DNA of 64,000 bases from Reyranella sp. (lineage in GTDB: Bacteria > Pseudomonadota > Alphaproteobacteria > Reyranellales > Reyranellaceae). The position numbers were made by a program, and so were the translations under genes. The stretch spans positions 9,031-73,030 of the forward strand of contig JAIETA010000198.1 in assembly GCA_019745575.1 (NCBI GenBank). Reading direction: 5' to 3'. The notes beneath the pieces were generated by a model. That model worked only from the letters and a program-made list of their open reading frames with translations, was not told the origin of the DNA and made no database searches. Within the stretch, counting starts at the first letter, position 1, and every line of letters starts with the position of its first letter. Positions 35,384 to 44,911 of the stretch are shown piece by piece.

Positions 35384-36023
35384 CGCCGATGCGCCCGCCG
35401 TCCGGCGGCGCGGCCTGATGCTGGTCCTGTCCTCGCCGTCGGGGGCGGGCAAGACGACGCTGTCGCGTCTGCTGCTGGAGAACGACTCGCAGATCCAGCT
35501 CAGCGTCTCGTGCACGACGCGCGAGAAACGGCCCGGCGAAAAGGACGGCGTCGATTACAAGTTCGTCGACACGACGACCTTCCGCGGCATGATCGACCGC
35601 GGCGAGTTTCTCGAGCATGCCCGGGTGTTCGACCACTACTACGGCACGCCGCGCCCGCCGGTCGAGGCGGTGCTCGATGCCGGCCGCGACATGCTGTTCG
35701 ACATCGACTGGCAGGGCACGCAGCAGCTCGTCGAGAAGGCGCGCGACGATCTGGTCAGCGTCTTCATCCTGCCGCCGTCGACCCGCGAACTGGAGCGGCG
35801 GCTGATCACCCGCGCCCAGGACACGGCCGACGTCGTGGCGCGGCGCATGAGCAAGGCGGCCGACGAGATGAGCCACTGGGCAGAGTACGACTACGTCATC
35901 ATCAACCGCGACATCGCCACCAGCCTGACGCAGCTCAAGGCGATCCTCACGGCCGAACGTCTGAAGCGCGAGCGGCTGTCCGGCCTGTCGGAGTTCGTCA
36001 AGGCGCTGCGCGAGGGGCGCTGA
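35373..36023 (+). CDS. gmk: Guanylate kinase
   Basis: 216 aa. It has the P-loop LSSPSGAGKTT, plus TTREKRPGEKDGVDYKFV and FDIDWQG. Confidence 0.9.
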   Translation: MSNDADAPAVRRRGLMLVLSSPSGAGKTTLSRLLLENDSQIQLSVSCTTREKRPGEKDGVDYKFVDTTTFRGMIDRGEFLEHARVFDHYYGTPRPPVEAVLDAGRDMLFDIDWQGTQQLVEKARDDLVSVFILPPSTRELERRLITRAQDTADVVARRMSKAADEMSHWAEYDYVIINRDIATSLTQLKAILTAERLKRERLSGLSEFVKALREGR

Positions 36024-36801
36024 GCGGCTGGCCGGCGGCGGTCTGGCCCGGCGATCGCAGCACGAGCTGGCTGGGGGCATAGGGCCGGCCCGAGAACTCG
36101 GCAATCAGGCGGTCGCTTGCAAGCTCGATCGCGTCTTCCAGCCGGCGCATGAAAGCCTGCTTGTCCAGGCCGGTTTCGATCGCCGGCAGGAACTCGACGG
36201 CGGCCCGGCCGGACTTCTTGCGCCAGTCGCGGCGGTTCCACAGCAGACCGATGCAGGTCGCGACCGGCGTCACCGGCAGGTTGAGATCGCGGTAGAGATA
36301 ATAGATCCCTGAGCGGTAGCGCTCGCGTTCGCCGGGCGCCATCAGGTTGCCCTCGGGGTAGATCGAGATGTGGCGCTCGCTCTCGTAGGCGCGTTTGGCG
36401 AACTGGGCGAGGTTCTCGCGTTCCTTGCCGCCGCCGCAGGTGTCGACGCGGATCATCTGCAGGCGATAGAGGATCGCGCCGATCAGCGGATAGCGGAACA
36501 GCTCCTGCATGGCGACGAAGGCGATGCCCGGGATCAGGGCGGCGAGCAGGATGCCGTCGCATTCGCCGTGATGCTTGCTGGCCAGCAAGGCCGGGCCCTT
36601 GGCCGGCAGGTGTTCCAGGCCGCGGAACTCAACCTTCATGCCGCCGATCCAGCGCATGCCCCAGACGACGGCGCCGGCCCAGCGGTGCAGCAGGCCGCGC
36701 AGCAGGACCGGCGTGGGGATCGGCACGAGCAAAATGCCGATCACAGCGGTGATGAGGGTGCCGATGTAGAAATAGAGATTGAAGGCGAGCGAGCGGATCA
36801 T
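35998..36801 (-). CDS. 1-acyl-sn-glycerol-3-phosphate acyltransferase (PlsC family)
   Basis: It has an N-terminal TM helix, the HX4D motif (SKHHGECD), and FPEG-like IYPEGN. The ATG at MIRSLAF is preferred over the track's GTG at 36825. It overlaps the gmk 3' end convergently by 26 nt. Confidence 0.75.
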   Translation of the reverse strand: MIRSLAFNLYFYIGTLITAVIGILLVPIPTPVLLRGLLHRWAGAVVWGMRWIGGMKVEFRGLEHLPAKGPALLASKHHGECDGILLAALIPGIAFVAMQELFRYPLIGAILYRLQMIRVDTCGGGKERENLAQFAKRAYESERHISIYPEGNLMAPGERERYRSGIYYLYRDLNLPVTPVATCIGLLWNRRDWRKKSGRAAVEFLPAIETGLDKQAFMRRLEDAIELASDRLIAEFSGRPYAPSQLVLRSPGQTAAGQPLSAPRAAP

Positions 36802-36825
36802 GGGTTCAATATATTGAGTGAGCAC

Positions 36826-37680
36826 TCACTTGTCAAGTGCGTCGGCCAATCGGACGAAATCGCCGATGGCCAGTTCCTCCGCCCGGGCCGTGGGCATCAT
36901 GCCAAGGCTTTCGAGGAGCTCTGCTGAGGCCGGAAAAAGCCCCGCCAGGGCGCCACGAAGCATCTTGCGGCGCTGGCCAAAGGCTGCGGCCGTAACCCGT
37001 TCCAGCGGCCGTAGATCGGCCAGGCGGTCTCGGCGCGGTCGCGGAGTGAGCCGGACCACCGAGGAGACGACCTTGGGAGGCGGCACGAAGGCCGACGGTG
37101 CTATGTCGAACAGGCGCTGCACGGTGCAGACGTGCTGGGTCAGCACCGACAGCCGGCCGTAGTCCTTGGTACGAGGCGAGGCGGTCAGCCGGTCCGCGAC
37201 CTCCTTCTGGAACATCAACACCATCTCCGTGACCTCGTCGGCTTGGTGCAGCCAGCGCACCAACAGCGCCGTGGAGATGTTGTAGGGAAGGTTGGCCACA
37301 ATCCTGCGCGGCGGCGCCCCCAGCTCGGCCAAATCGGCGCCGAGGGCGTCAGCCTGGACGACCCGCAGGCGCCCGCCGGCTGCGATCTCGAGTTCGCTCA
37401 GGGCGGCGATGGCCCGCGGATCGACCTCCAAGGCAACGACGCGACCCGCGCCCTCAAGCAGCAGCGCGCGAGTCAATCCGCCGGGACCCGGGCCGATCTC
37501 GATCGTCGTGCCATCGGTCAGGCCACCCGCGGCACGGGCGATCCGGCGGGTAAGATTGAGATCGAGCAGGAAGTGCTGGCCGAGGCGTTTGCGGGCGTCG
37601 AGACCATGGGCGGCGATGGTCTCGCGCAGCGCCGGCAGCCGGGATATCGCGAGACCGACGTGGGACGATTCCGGGATCAC
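36826..37680 (-). CDS. rsmA: 16S rRNA (adenine1518/1519-N6)-dimethyltransferase
   Basis: 284 aa. It has LGQHFLLD, IEIGPGPGGLT and ANLPYNIST. Confidence 0.9.
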   Translation of the reverse strand: MIPESSHVGLAISRLPALRETIAAHGLDARKRLGQHFLLDLNLTRRIARAAGGLTDGTTIEIGPGPGGLTRALLLEGAGRVVALEVDPRAIAALSELEIAAGGRLRVVQADALGADLAELGAPPRRIVANLPYNISTALLVRWLHQADEVTEMVLMFQKEVADRLTASPRTKDYGRLSVLTQHVCTVQRLFDIAPSAFVPPPKVVSSVVRLTPRPRRDRLADLRPLERVTAAAFGQRRKMLRGALAGLFPASAELLESLGMMPTARAEELAIGDFVRLADALDK

Positions 37681-38690
37681 GCCCGGCGCCGGCGGGCCAT
37701 GTCATCCGCCATCGCAAGGGCGGCGATCAGGCTTGCCGGATCGGCGCGGCCGGTCCCGGCGATATCCAGCGCCGTGCCGTGATCGGGCGACGTACGCACG
37801 AAGGGCAGGCCCAGGGTGACGTTGACGCCGCCGGCAAAGTCGATGGTCTTGATCGGGATCAGCGCCTGGTCGTGATACATGCACAGCGCCGCGTCGTAGG
37901 TGGCGCGCGCGGCCGGGTGGAAAAGCGTATCGGCCGGCGCGGGGCCTCGGACGTCGATGCCGGCCTGTTGCAGCGCCTCGACCGCGGGTGCGATCAATCG
38001 GGTCTCCTCGTCGCCCATGGCGCCCTGCTCGCCGGCATGCGGGTTGAGGGCAGCGACGACAAGGCGCGGCCGGTCGATGCCGAACAGCGCGACCAGCCCG
38101 GCTGCTGCGATCCGGCCGGCGCGCACGATGGCCGCCGTATCGAGGGCATGCACCGCGTCAGCCAGCGCGAGATGGATCGTGACCGGCACCACGCGCAGCT
38201 CCGGGCACGCCAGCATCATCGCGACCTCGACCGGCCGGCCTGCCGCCCGCGTCGCCAGCTCGGCCAGGAACTCGGTATGGCCGGGGTGGCGGAACCCGGC
38301 CTGCTGCAGGGTCTTCTTCTGGATGGGGTTGGTGACCACGCCGGCGACCTCGCCCGCCAGTGCCTGGGCCGCGGCGCGCTCGATGGCTTCGAGGGTGGCC
38401 GGGGCGTTGGCGGGGTCGGGCTGACCCGGACGGACTGCTGCCCGCAGGCGGACGGGCAGGACCGGCAACGCCGTCGCGAAGGTGGCCGCCGCCTCGGCCG
38501 GTCCGGCGATTTCCCGGAGCGGGACATCGAGGCCGAGCGTGCGCGCAAGGCTGGCCAGGCGCGCGGCATCGTCCAGGGCGAAAAACGGCCGTGCTGCCGG
38601 CTGGCGTGCCAGCCATGCCTTGAGGGTGAGTTCGCCGCCGATCCCGGCCGGCTCGCCCATGGTGATGGCGAGCGGCGCAGGCGGGGTCAT
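37677..38690 (-). CDS. pdxA: 4-hydroxythreonine-4-phosphate dehydrogenase
   Basis: 337 aa starting at MTPPAPLAITMGEPAGIGGE. It has HPGHTEF, LNPHAGE and RTSPDHGTA. It shows 4-nt overlaps with surA (ATGA) and rsmA. Confidence 0.9.
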   Translation of the reverse strand: MTPPAPLAITMGEPAGIGGELTLKAWLARQPAARPFFALDDAARLASLARTLGLDVPLREIAGPAEAAATFATALPVLPVRLRAAVRPGQPDPANAPATLEAIERAAAQALAGEVAGVVTNPIQKKTLQQAGFRHPGHTEFLAELATRAAGRPVEVAMMLACPELRVVPVTIHLALADAVHALDTAAIVRAGRIAAAGLVALFGIDRPRLVVAALNPHAGEQGAMGDEETRLIAPAVEALQQAGIDVRGPAPADTLFHPAARATYDAALCMYHDQALIPIKTIDFAGGVNVTLGLPFVRTSPDHGTALDIAGTGRADPASLIAALAMADDMARRRRA

Positions 38691-39952
38691 GACTTCTTGA
38701 TGTCGATGGTGGCCACGCGGCGCAGATCGCGCATGTAGCGCCGGCCGGCTGCCTCGAGCTTCTGGAGAAGGAGCTGCTGGGAGACGGCGTCGCGGGTCGG
38801 CAGTCCGTCGCCGCCGGCCCGGCTGCACAGCGAGACAATTTGCATGCCTTCAGCGACACGGAACGGTCCGGCGGTTCCGCCGATCGGCAGGCGGGGGATC
38901 TCCTCGTACATCTGGCGGTTGCCCGCCAGGTCGCCGATCCGCACGCCTTGCAGATCGCCGGCTGTGGCGCCCTTCAACTGCCGGGCCTGGATGTGCAGAT
39001 CGGTGCACTGGCGGGTCGCCGACATCGCCTTCTGGGCCTCGGCGGTGGCGCGGCTGGTTTCTTCAGGCGAGGCGTTCACGGGCAGCGGCAGCGTCATCTG
39101 AACGAGGTTCAGTCGGACGTCGTCGGTCCGCGTCGCGGCGAACTGGCGACGCTCGGCGACATAGATGACGTGCCAGCCGGCGGGGGTTCGGATGGGCTCG
39201 GAAAACTGCCGCGGCTGCAGCTTGTCGATGGCCGCGTCCATGGCCGGATCGAGCGTGCCCGGCAGGACCCAGCCGAGGTCGCCGCCGGTCTGCGCCGTCG
39301 CGCCCTGGGAGAACTGCTGGGCCACGGCGGCGAACGGTGCGCCGCGGCGCAACTGATCGAGGATGCGGTCGGCGCTGCGCTTGGCCTCGTCGACGCCTTC
39401 GGCCCGGTCGACCGGCACGAAGATCTCGGCCACCCGCGACTCGGTCTTGCCGACGTTGGCGCGCAGGCGGGTCATGGCATCGTCGATCTCGACTTCGGAG
39501 ACATCGACCTGGGGTCGCACCCGGCGACGTATGATCTTTCCCCAGGCGACCTGGGCCTCGAACTGCTGGGCGGCGATTTCGTAGGACACGCCGATGCTCT
39601 GGAGGAAGAGCCGGAACTGGCCCGGGCTCATGCCGGCACCGCGCTCGATGTCGCTCAGGCGCTGCTGGACCTCGGCGTCGGTCGCTCCCAGGCCGAGCCG
39701 CTTGGCGTTCTGGATCTGCAGCCGTTCGTCGACCATCTGGCGCAGGACCTGGGCGGCCATGCGCTGGCGCAAGTCGGGGCTGTCCTGCAGGCCGGTGGTG
39801 CGGATGGCGAACTGGATGCGCTGGGCGAGGTCGAAGTCGGTGATGGCGTCGTCGTTCACGCGGGCCACCACACGCAGCCCCTGCGCCGACGCGACAGCCG
39901 GGCCGAGGGCGATGAGGATGACGAGAAGGGCGCGGAGGAACGACGCGGGCAT
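38687..39952 (-). CDS. surA: Periplasmic chaperone/peptidyl-prolyl isomerase SurA
   Basis: 421 aa. It has a signal peptide (LLVILIALGPAVASAQG), a SurA_N-like region and a parvulin domain (GGDLGWV...PAGWHVIYV). Confidence 0.8.
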   Translation of the reverse strand: MPASFLRALLVILIALGPAVASAQGLRVVARVNDDAITDFDLAQRIQFAIRTTGLQDSPDLRQRMAAQVLRQMVDERLQIQNAKRLGLGATDAEVQQRLSDIERGAGMSPGQFRLFLQSIGVSYEIAAQQFEAQVAWGKIIRRRVRPQVDVSEVEIDDAMTRLRANVGKTESRVAEIFVPVDRAEGVDEAKRSADRILDQLRRGAPFAAVAQQFSQGATAQTGGDLGWVLPGTLDPAMDAAIDKLQPRQFSEPIRTPAGWHVIYVAERRQFAATRTDDVRLNLVQMTLPLPVNASPEETSRATAEAQKAMSATRQCTDLHIQARQLKGATAGDLQGVRIGDLAGNRQMYEEIPRLPIGGTAGPFRVAEGMQIVSLCSRAGGDGLPTRDAVSQQLLLQKLEAAGRRYMRDLRRVATIDIKKS

Positions 39953-40114
39953 TGGACCGGCGAGTGGCGAGAGGGAAGATCATTATATTCCGTCGCAGCT
40001 TTACTGCAACGGACAGCCGGTGGCTTAGAGGTCGACTATGGCAACATGCGGGCGCGCTTGACGCTCTCCGGCCGGTACGTTAGCCGGACAGCGCATTTCG
40101 AGGGCTCGGAACTT

Positions 40115-40136
40115 CCGCATGACCGCCGCATGACCG
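40115..40136 (+). repeat. Perfect tandem duplication of the 11-mer CCGCATGACCG spanning the predicted start codon
   Basis: Read directly: cttCCGCATGACCGCCGCATGACCGccgcg. The second ATG (40130) is in frame with the FkbM ORF. The first ATG (40119) is out of frame and stops after 4 codons. Confidence 0.9.
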
Positions 40137-41173
40137 CCGCGCGCCGTCCGCTCAGCGTTGCCAGCGCGTGGGCGTGGTTCCGCTCGGGTGCTGGATACCA
40201 CCTCGACAACTTCGGCCGCTGGCTGATCGTGCGCGCGCCCAGGCTCGGTGCGGCGTATGCGCGCCTGTGGACGCCCGGCGTCCAGAAGCTCGCGCCCTGG
40301 CCGGGATGGGGCTTCGCCGACGTCTACTACGTCGAGCGCCAGTGGACGGTTTGCCGGCGCGGCGCCCTGTGGGAGGCGGCGCGCGACCACGATCTCGTGG
40401 TGCCGCTCACCGTGCCCTGGCTGGCCGGCACCAGCGTCGACGTCACGCTCGGCAACGACAACAGCCTCTGCCTCTATGTCTGCGGCTCGTTCGAGCCCAA
40501 CGAGTTCAACTTCCTCGACCGGATCCTGAAGCCCGGCATGGTGTTCGTCGATGTCGGGGCCAACGACGGCTACTACACGCTGTTCGCGGCACGGCGGGTC
40601 GGGCCGGAAGGAAGGGTCGTCTCGGTCGAGCCGAGTTCGCGTGAGCGCGGCCATCTCGAGCGCAATCTGGCGCGCAACGGCATCGGCAATGTGACCGTCG
40701 TGCCCTCCGCGCTGGGTGCCGCCGCAGGCCACGCCGACCTGCACCTCGCGCACGGTGTGCATACGGGCCACAACACGCTCGGCCGCTTCGCCCATGACGA
40801 CGTGGTGCCGGCCAGCGTCGAACGCGTGCCCTTGGAGACGCTCGACGCCGTGGTCGCCCGGCTCGGCCTGCCGCGCGTCGATGTCGTCAAGATCGATGTC
40901 GAGGGCGGCGAGGCGAACGTGATCGCCGGCGCGCACAACGTGCTGACGAAGATGCGGCCGGTATTGATGATGGAAGTGAGCGACGGCGCGCTGCGGGCGC
41001 AGGGCAGCAGCGAGGCGGCGCTGCTTGAGAGGCTGCGGGGCGAGTTGGGTTATGAAGTGCTGGTGTTGTCGGCGACGACCGGTCTCGTCGAACGACGGAT
41101 CGATGGGATGCCCCTTTCAGCCAACGTCATTGCCATGCCAAACGAGCAGCTTGCAGGTCTCCCCGCCCGGTGA
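40130..41173 (+). CDS. FkbM-family SAM-dependent methyltransferase
   Basis: 347 aa (alternative ATG at 40046). It has VFVDVGANDGYYTL and VDVVKIDVEGGEANV, typical of Methyltransf_21/FkbM. Confidence 0.75.
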   Translation: MTAARRPLSVASAWAWFRSGAGYHLDNFGRWLIVRAPRLGAAYARLWTPGVQKLAPWPGWGFADVYYVERQWTVCRRGALWEAARDHDLVVPLTVPWLAGTSVDVTLGNDNSLCLYVCGSFEPNEFNFLDRILKPGMVFVDVGANDGYYTLFAARRVGPEGRVVSVEPSSRERGHLERNLARNGIGNVTVVPSALGAAAGHADLHLAHGVHTGHNTLGRFAHDDVVPASVERVPLETLDAVVARLGLPRVDVVKIDVEGGEANVIAGAHNVLTKMRPVLMMEVSDGALRAQGSSEAALLERLRGELGYEVLVLSATTGLVERRIDGMPLSANVIAMPNEQLAGLPAR

Positions 41174-41196
41174 CTCTCGGCCACGTTGCCGAGCAG

Positions 41197-41715
41197 CTAT
41201 TCGGCGCCGGCGTCGCGCGGCGAGACGATCGGATTGTCGATCGGCCACCAGAATTTGTAGGCCGGGTCGTTCCACCGGATCGTGAACTGTCCGGGGCGGT
41301 CATAGTAGGTCGTCTGCTTATAGTGGAACACCGCGACCTCCGACATTACCAGGAAGGCATTGCCGAATTTCGCTGGAATGCGGATCTGCAGCCGGTTGGT
41401 GGCGGACAGGGTGAACCCCTGCCACTTCCGGAACTGGGCGGAGGCCGCGTCGTTGTTGACCACCACCACGTAGATGCGGCCATAGAGGCACGAGATCAGC
41501 TTGACGGTCTTGGCGTCGCCATGAATGCCGCGAAGGACGTGCCTGGTTGACGTCGAATAGTCGTCCTGAACGAACTTTTCGGTGATTCCGGCTGCCCGGT
41601 ACATCTCTTCGTTGTAGGTCTCGACGTAGTCCCCGCGAAAATCCTCGTGCTGGGTGAGCGGATGGACGACGAGCACTCCGTCGAGAGCCGTCTGTTCGAC
41701 CTTGAGCTTGCTCAT
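41197..41715 (-). CDS. RmlC-like NDP-4-keto-6-deoxyhexose 3,5-epimerase (cupin)
   Basis: 172 aa, collinear with RmlC. It has HEDFRGDYVETYN, FVQDDYSTSTRHVLRGIHGD (catalytic His), KTVKLISC (Lys), IPAKFGNAF, FHYKQTTYY (Tyr) and RWNDPAYKFWWP. Confidence 0.75.
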   Translation of the reverse strand: MSKLKVEQTALDGVLVVHPLTQHEDFRGDYVETYNEEMYRAAGITEKFVQDDYSTSTRHVLRGIHGDAKTVKLISCLYGRIYVVVVNNDAASAQFRKWQGFTLSATNRLQIRIPAKFGNAFLVMSEVAVFHYKQTTYYDRPGQFTIRWNDPAYKFWWPIDNPIVSPRDAGAE

Positions 41716-41726
41716 TTCGCATTCTC

Positions 41727-43211
41727 CTAGTCGAATTCGCGCGGATGATTGCAGGCGGCGAAGAATTCGTCGTTCTCATAGAGGTGCGGCAGTTCAGGGT
41801 GTATGCCGAAGTTCTGGATGTTGCGCATTTCATAGATTTTCTGGACCTTGGCGCGCTTCGCGGAACGATACGTGTCCAGGGCATAAGGTGGCAGATTGAG
41901 CCCGTGCTGGATCTCGCCGCCAAAATCGGCGGCGACGTAGTCCTCGATCGCTTCTTTGGCTGTCTTGTAGGAAATCAGCTTGCGCGACGGCTGGAAGCGC
42001 TTGGGCAGCGAACTGGGCCCCCCCAGGATCTCGCTGGCGATCTCGCGGCAGAGATAGGGACTGCAGGTGAAGCCGTCGCGCTTGGTGCCATTGGCGAACC
42101 AGATACCGGGCATATGCGACTGTCCGAGGAGCGGGAAGGTGTCCATGCTGACGGGGCGAAAGCCCGGTCCGCGCGTGCTCATGATGGCGAAGAAGAACGC
42201 CGAATTGATCTCCTCGACCAGTCCGCGCAGCAGCACGTGTACGGCATGGACGCGTGGCTTGGGTTCCGGTTCGAACCACACGCCGGAAGAGGCACCGAGG
42301 TAGAATTCGCCGTTGCCGTAGGGCACCAGGTGAACGCCGCAGGCGCCGCCGCGGTCCACCGTCCGCACGACGGCGTCGACGTCGAAGACGCTGCGGTCCA
42401 AGCCGCCGTAGCGGTGGATCCATGCCGGCATCGATATATCGAGTCCGGACCCCGCACCCCAGACGAGCCGCGGAACCTCGCGGCGCAGGTCGGGTACCTG
42501 GTCGATGAGCGCCTGAGAGAAGGAGCCGCTGGCCAGCACCACGGTCTTCGTCTTGAGGACCGTGCCACTGCCGAGAGTGATCCTCTTCTCCGCGCCGACG
42601 AACGGCAGCTTCAGGCCGACTTCGAGCTTCTCGGCGGTATCGTCGAACACATCGACATTGCGGGCGGCGAAGAAGCGCTCGTAGGCCTTGAGGACGAGCC
42701 GCGGATCGATGCGGCCGTCGGGCACGCGAACGATACGGATCGCCTGACCCTTCTGTTCGGGTTTGATCCAGGGAACGGCGTTCGGGCCGAGCACCTCGTG
42801 CGGCACGCCGCGCTGGCGCATGATGTCCATGATGTAGTCGACCGCCTTCATTTCGTGCGGCGATCCCATCACGTTGTTGACGATGTAGGTCCCCCACTTG
42901 ATGGAAAGCGGCTGCTCCGAAAACTCGGACAACTCGGAGCAGTGGCCGTCCCACAGGTCCATCGCCTTGATTGTCAACTCGGCCCGGTCGGCAAGGGCCG
43001 GGTTGTCGAATTGCCCCAACGCCATCTCGGCCCAGACGTTGATCATCGCACCAGCCGCCATGGTCGCGGCGCCGGTCCGATGTGAGGGGCCGACGATGGC
43101 GATCGACAGATTCGGGTCGCGCTTGCGCAGCTGGTACGCCGTGCCCATACCAAGTGCGCTGTTGCCGATTACGACAACGTCATAGGTGTCCTTGCTTAGC
43201 CGGCTGGCCAC
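41727..43211 (-). CDS. FAD-dependent oxidoreductase (DAO / amine-oxidase-like) with about 100-aa C-terminal extension
   Basis: 494 aa. It has the N-terminal dinucleotide motif YDVVVIGNSALGMGTAYQL followed by TGAATMAAGAMI, typical of the DAO family. I do not recognise the C-terminal region. Confidence 0.6.
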   Translation of the reverse strand: MASRLSKDTYDVVVIGNSALGMGTAYQLRKRDPNLSIAIVGPSHRTGAATMAAGAMINVWAEMALGQFDNPALADRAELTIKAMDLWDGHCSELSEFSEQPLSIKWGTYIVNNVMGSPHEMKAVDYIMDIMRQRGVPHEVLGPNAVPWIKPEQKGQAIRIVRVPDGRIDPRLVLKAYERFFAARNVDVFDDTAEKLEVGLKLPFVGAEKRITLGSGTVLKTKTVVLASGSFSQALIDQVPDLRREVPRLVWGAGSGLDISMPAWIHRYGGLDRSVFDVDAVVRTVDRGGACGVHLVPYGNGEFYLGASSGVWFEPEPKPRVHAVHVLLRGLVEEINSAFFFAIMSTRGPGFRPVSMDTFPLLGQSHMPGIWFANGTKRDGFTCSPYLCREIASEILGGPSSLPKRFQPSRKLISYKTAKEAIEDYVAADFGGEIQHGLNLPPYALDTYRSAKRAKVQKIYEMRNIQNFGIHPELPHLYENDEFFAACNHPREFD

Positions 43212-43238
43212 GTCATTTTCTCCTGGATGAGAGGCGCG

Positions 43239-44363
43239 TCAGGATGCTGACGGCCGGTGAACGGGTAGACTCCGGTCGGCAAGTCCCCACGCGCGACTGT
43301 TGAGCTGGTAGCTCCGCTCTCGCCGCAAGATCGCGGACAGCACCGTTTCGTGCTCGACCCACGTCATGGCCTCGTTGAATCCGGCGCGGGCCGAGCGGTC
43401 ATGATCGGCATGATAGACATGATGCGGCGCCGCCAGGATGAGTTGACCGTAGCCTGCTGCAAACAACTGGACCACCGCGTAGCTGTCGGTATGCATGTAT
43501 ACGTCGACGGATTCGTAGAGCCCGCGCACCTTGAGAAACGCCGCCCTCGGCGCCAGAAGAAAATCGCCGGCGGCATTCGTGTGAAGGAAGAAGCCGCGAT
43601 GAAAGCTGTCCAGGGAGGCCTGTGTATGCCATTCGCGGAGATCATCGCGCCGCCACGGCATCCAGCGCCATTGAAACAATCGCCACGCGGCGTCCCGCCG
43701 CAGTCGGGCGGCGGCCTTCGCTTCTATGGTGCAGAGCGATTGGTCCAGTTCGTCGCCCGGCTCAAGGCCCGATCCGACGGCATCCAGCGTATCCGGCGTG
43801 ACGGCAAGCGAGATCGGCTCGTCAGACGAGCGGTGGCGCCGGTGGATCTGGAAGGTTGCCGCCCGCGCCGCCGCCTCGAAGTGTTCCGGATCGACGTTGC
43901 GGCAGGGCTCGAAGTCGAAATCGCAGCGGTCGGCGCGGTAGAAGTGTCGCGTTGAAAGGCTGCGACTGGCAATCAGCCGCATGATGCTGTCACCGATGAA
44001 GATGTCCTGGTTGATAACCAGTGAAAACTTTCCGGTGGAGTGCCGGATGGCGACGTTGCGACCATAGTAATCGAGCATCTTGCGGCCGCGCGCGCCGGCG
44101 ACAGCCGCGTGGACCGCCGGAGGCACCTCGACATGCACGACGTTCCCGAGATCCCGCCAGGGAAAGGCGTCGGCGAGCTTTGGCCGCTCGGGCGGCGGAT
44201 TCCAGTCGACGACCACGAACTCGATCAGGCCTGGCCACATTCGGGCATAGCGGGCGTAGTAGGCGATGAACTTCGCAATGCGCTCTTCGAGGTCGCCGCC
44301 GTAGCCGTCGTTGCGGTTGACGAAGGCGACGCTGACGTAGGGTTGGGCTTTCCTCATCGACAA
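43239..44363 (-). CDS. Hypothetical protein, divergent GT-A (GT2-like) glycosyltransferase fold; paralog of 49327..50904
   Basis: 374 aa. The segments VSVAFVNRNDGYGG, FVVVDWNPPPERP, SLVINQDIF and GDFLLAPRAAFLKVRGLYE...MHTDSY...VYHADHD occupy the positions of the GT2 motifs (IPxYN, DDgS, DxD, GGFDE..ED.D..H) but with different residues. Confidence 0.45.
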   Translation of the reverse strand: MSMRKAQPYVSVAFVNRNDGYGGDLEERIAKFIAYYARYARMWPGLIEFVVVDWNPPPERPKLADAFPWRDLGNVVHVEVPPAVHAAVAGARGRKMLDYYGRNVAIRHSTGKFSLVINQDIFIGDSIMRLIASRSLSTRHFYRADRCDFDFEPCRNVDPEHFEAAARAATFQIHRRHRSSDEPISLAVTPDTLDAVGSGLEPGDELDQSLCTIEAKAAARLRRDAAWRLFQWRWMPWRRDDLREWHTQASLDSFHRGFFLHTNAAGDFLLAPRAAFLKVRGLYESVDVYMHTDSYAVVQLFAAGYGQLILAAPHHVYHADHDRSARAGFNEAMTWVEHETVLSAILRRERSYQLNSRAWGLADRSLPVHRPSAS

Positions 44364-44911
44364 GAGGCCGCATTCGAACGCGTCGCCTCGACGTTCAGCA
44401 TCATCAGGCGGCCGTTCTCCTTGTCCATGTGCGGCAGGTAGGCTTGGCTGAAATCGTCGATACCGAGCTTGCCGAGTTCGGTCTGGCGCCAGTCGTAGCG
44501 CCGGACGTCCTCGAAGCCGGCGTCGCGCAGGCCGGCGGCCAGGGTGTGGAAGTCGAAGATCATGCCGTGCCAGTCGTAGTCGTCCTTCTGGCCGCCGATC
44601 AGCAGGCCCAACAACTCGGTCATGTTATGGGCTTCGTGGTAGCGGGCAATGGCCGCTTCGAAATCGGCCGTCGACAGGCGCAGCATCCCACCGGGCTTGA
44701 GGACGCGCGCCCACTCGCGCAGGACGTCGACCCATTCACGGCGGCCGAAATGCTCGATCGCGGCGCAGCTATAGACGAGGTCGATGCTGCCGTCGCCGTA
44801 AGGGAGTTTGCGCAGGTCGGCGATCACGTCGGCTGCCTTGGCGGCCATGATGTCGACATTGACGTAGCCGGGAAGTCGGATGTGGCCGCAACCGAGATGG
44901 AGCCTGGTCAT
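44354..44911 (-). CDS. Class I SAM-dependent methyltransferase (Methyltransf_11-like)
   Basis: 185 aa. It has LHLGCGHIRLPGYVNVD, LPYGDGSIDLVYSCAAIEHF and LKPGGMLRLS. It overlaps both neighbouring genes. Confidence 0.75.
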   Translation of the reverse strand: MTRLHLGCGHIRLPGYVNVDIMAAKAADVIADLRKLPYGDGSIDLVYSCAAIEHFGRREWVDVLREWARVLKPGGMLRLSTADFEAAIARYHEAHNMTELLGLLIGGQKDDYDWHGMIFDFHTLAAGLRDAGFEDVRRYDWRQTELGKLGIDDFSQAYLPHMDKENGRLMMLNVEATRSNAASCR

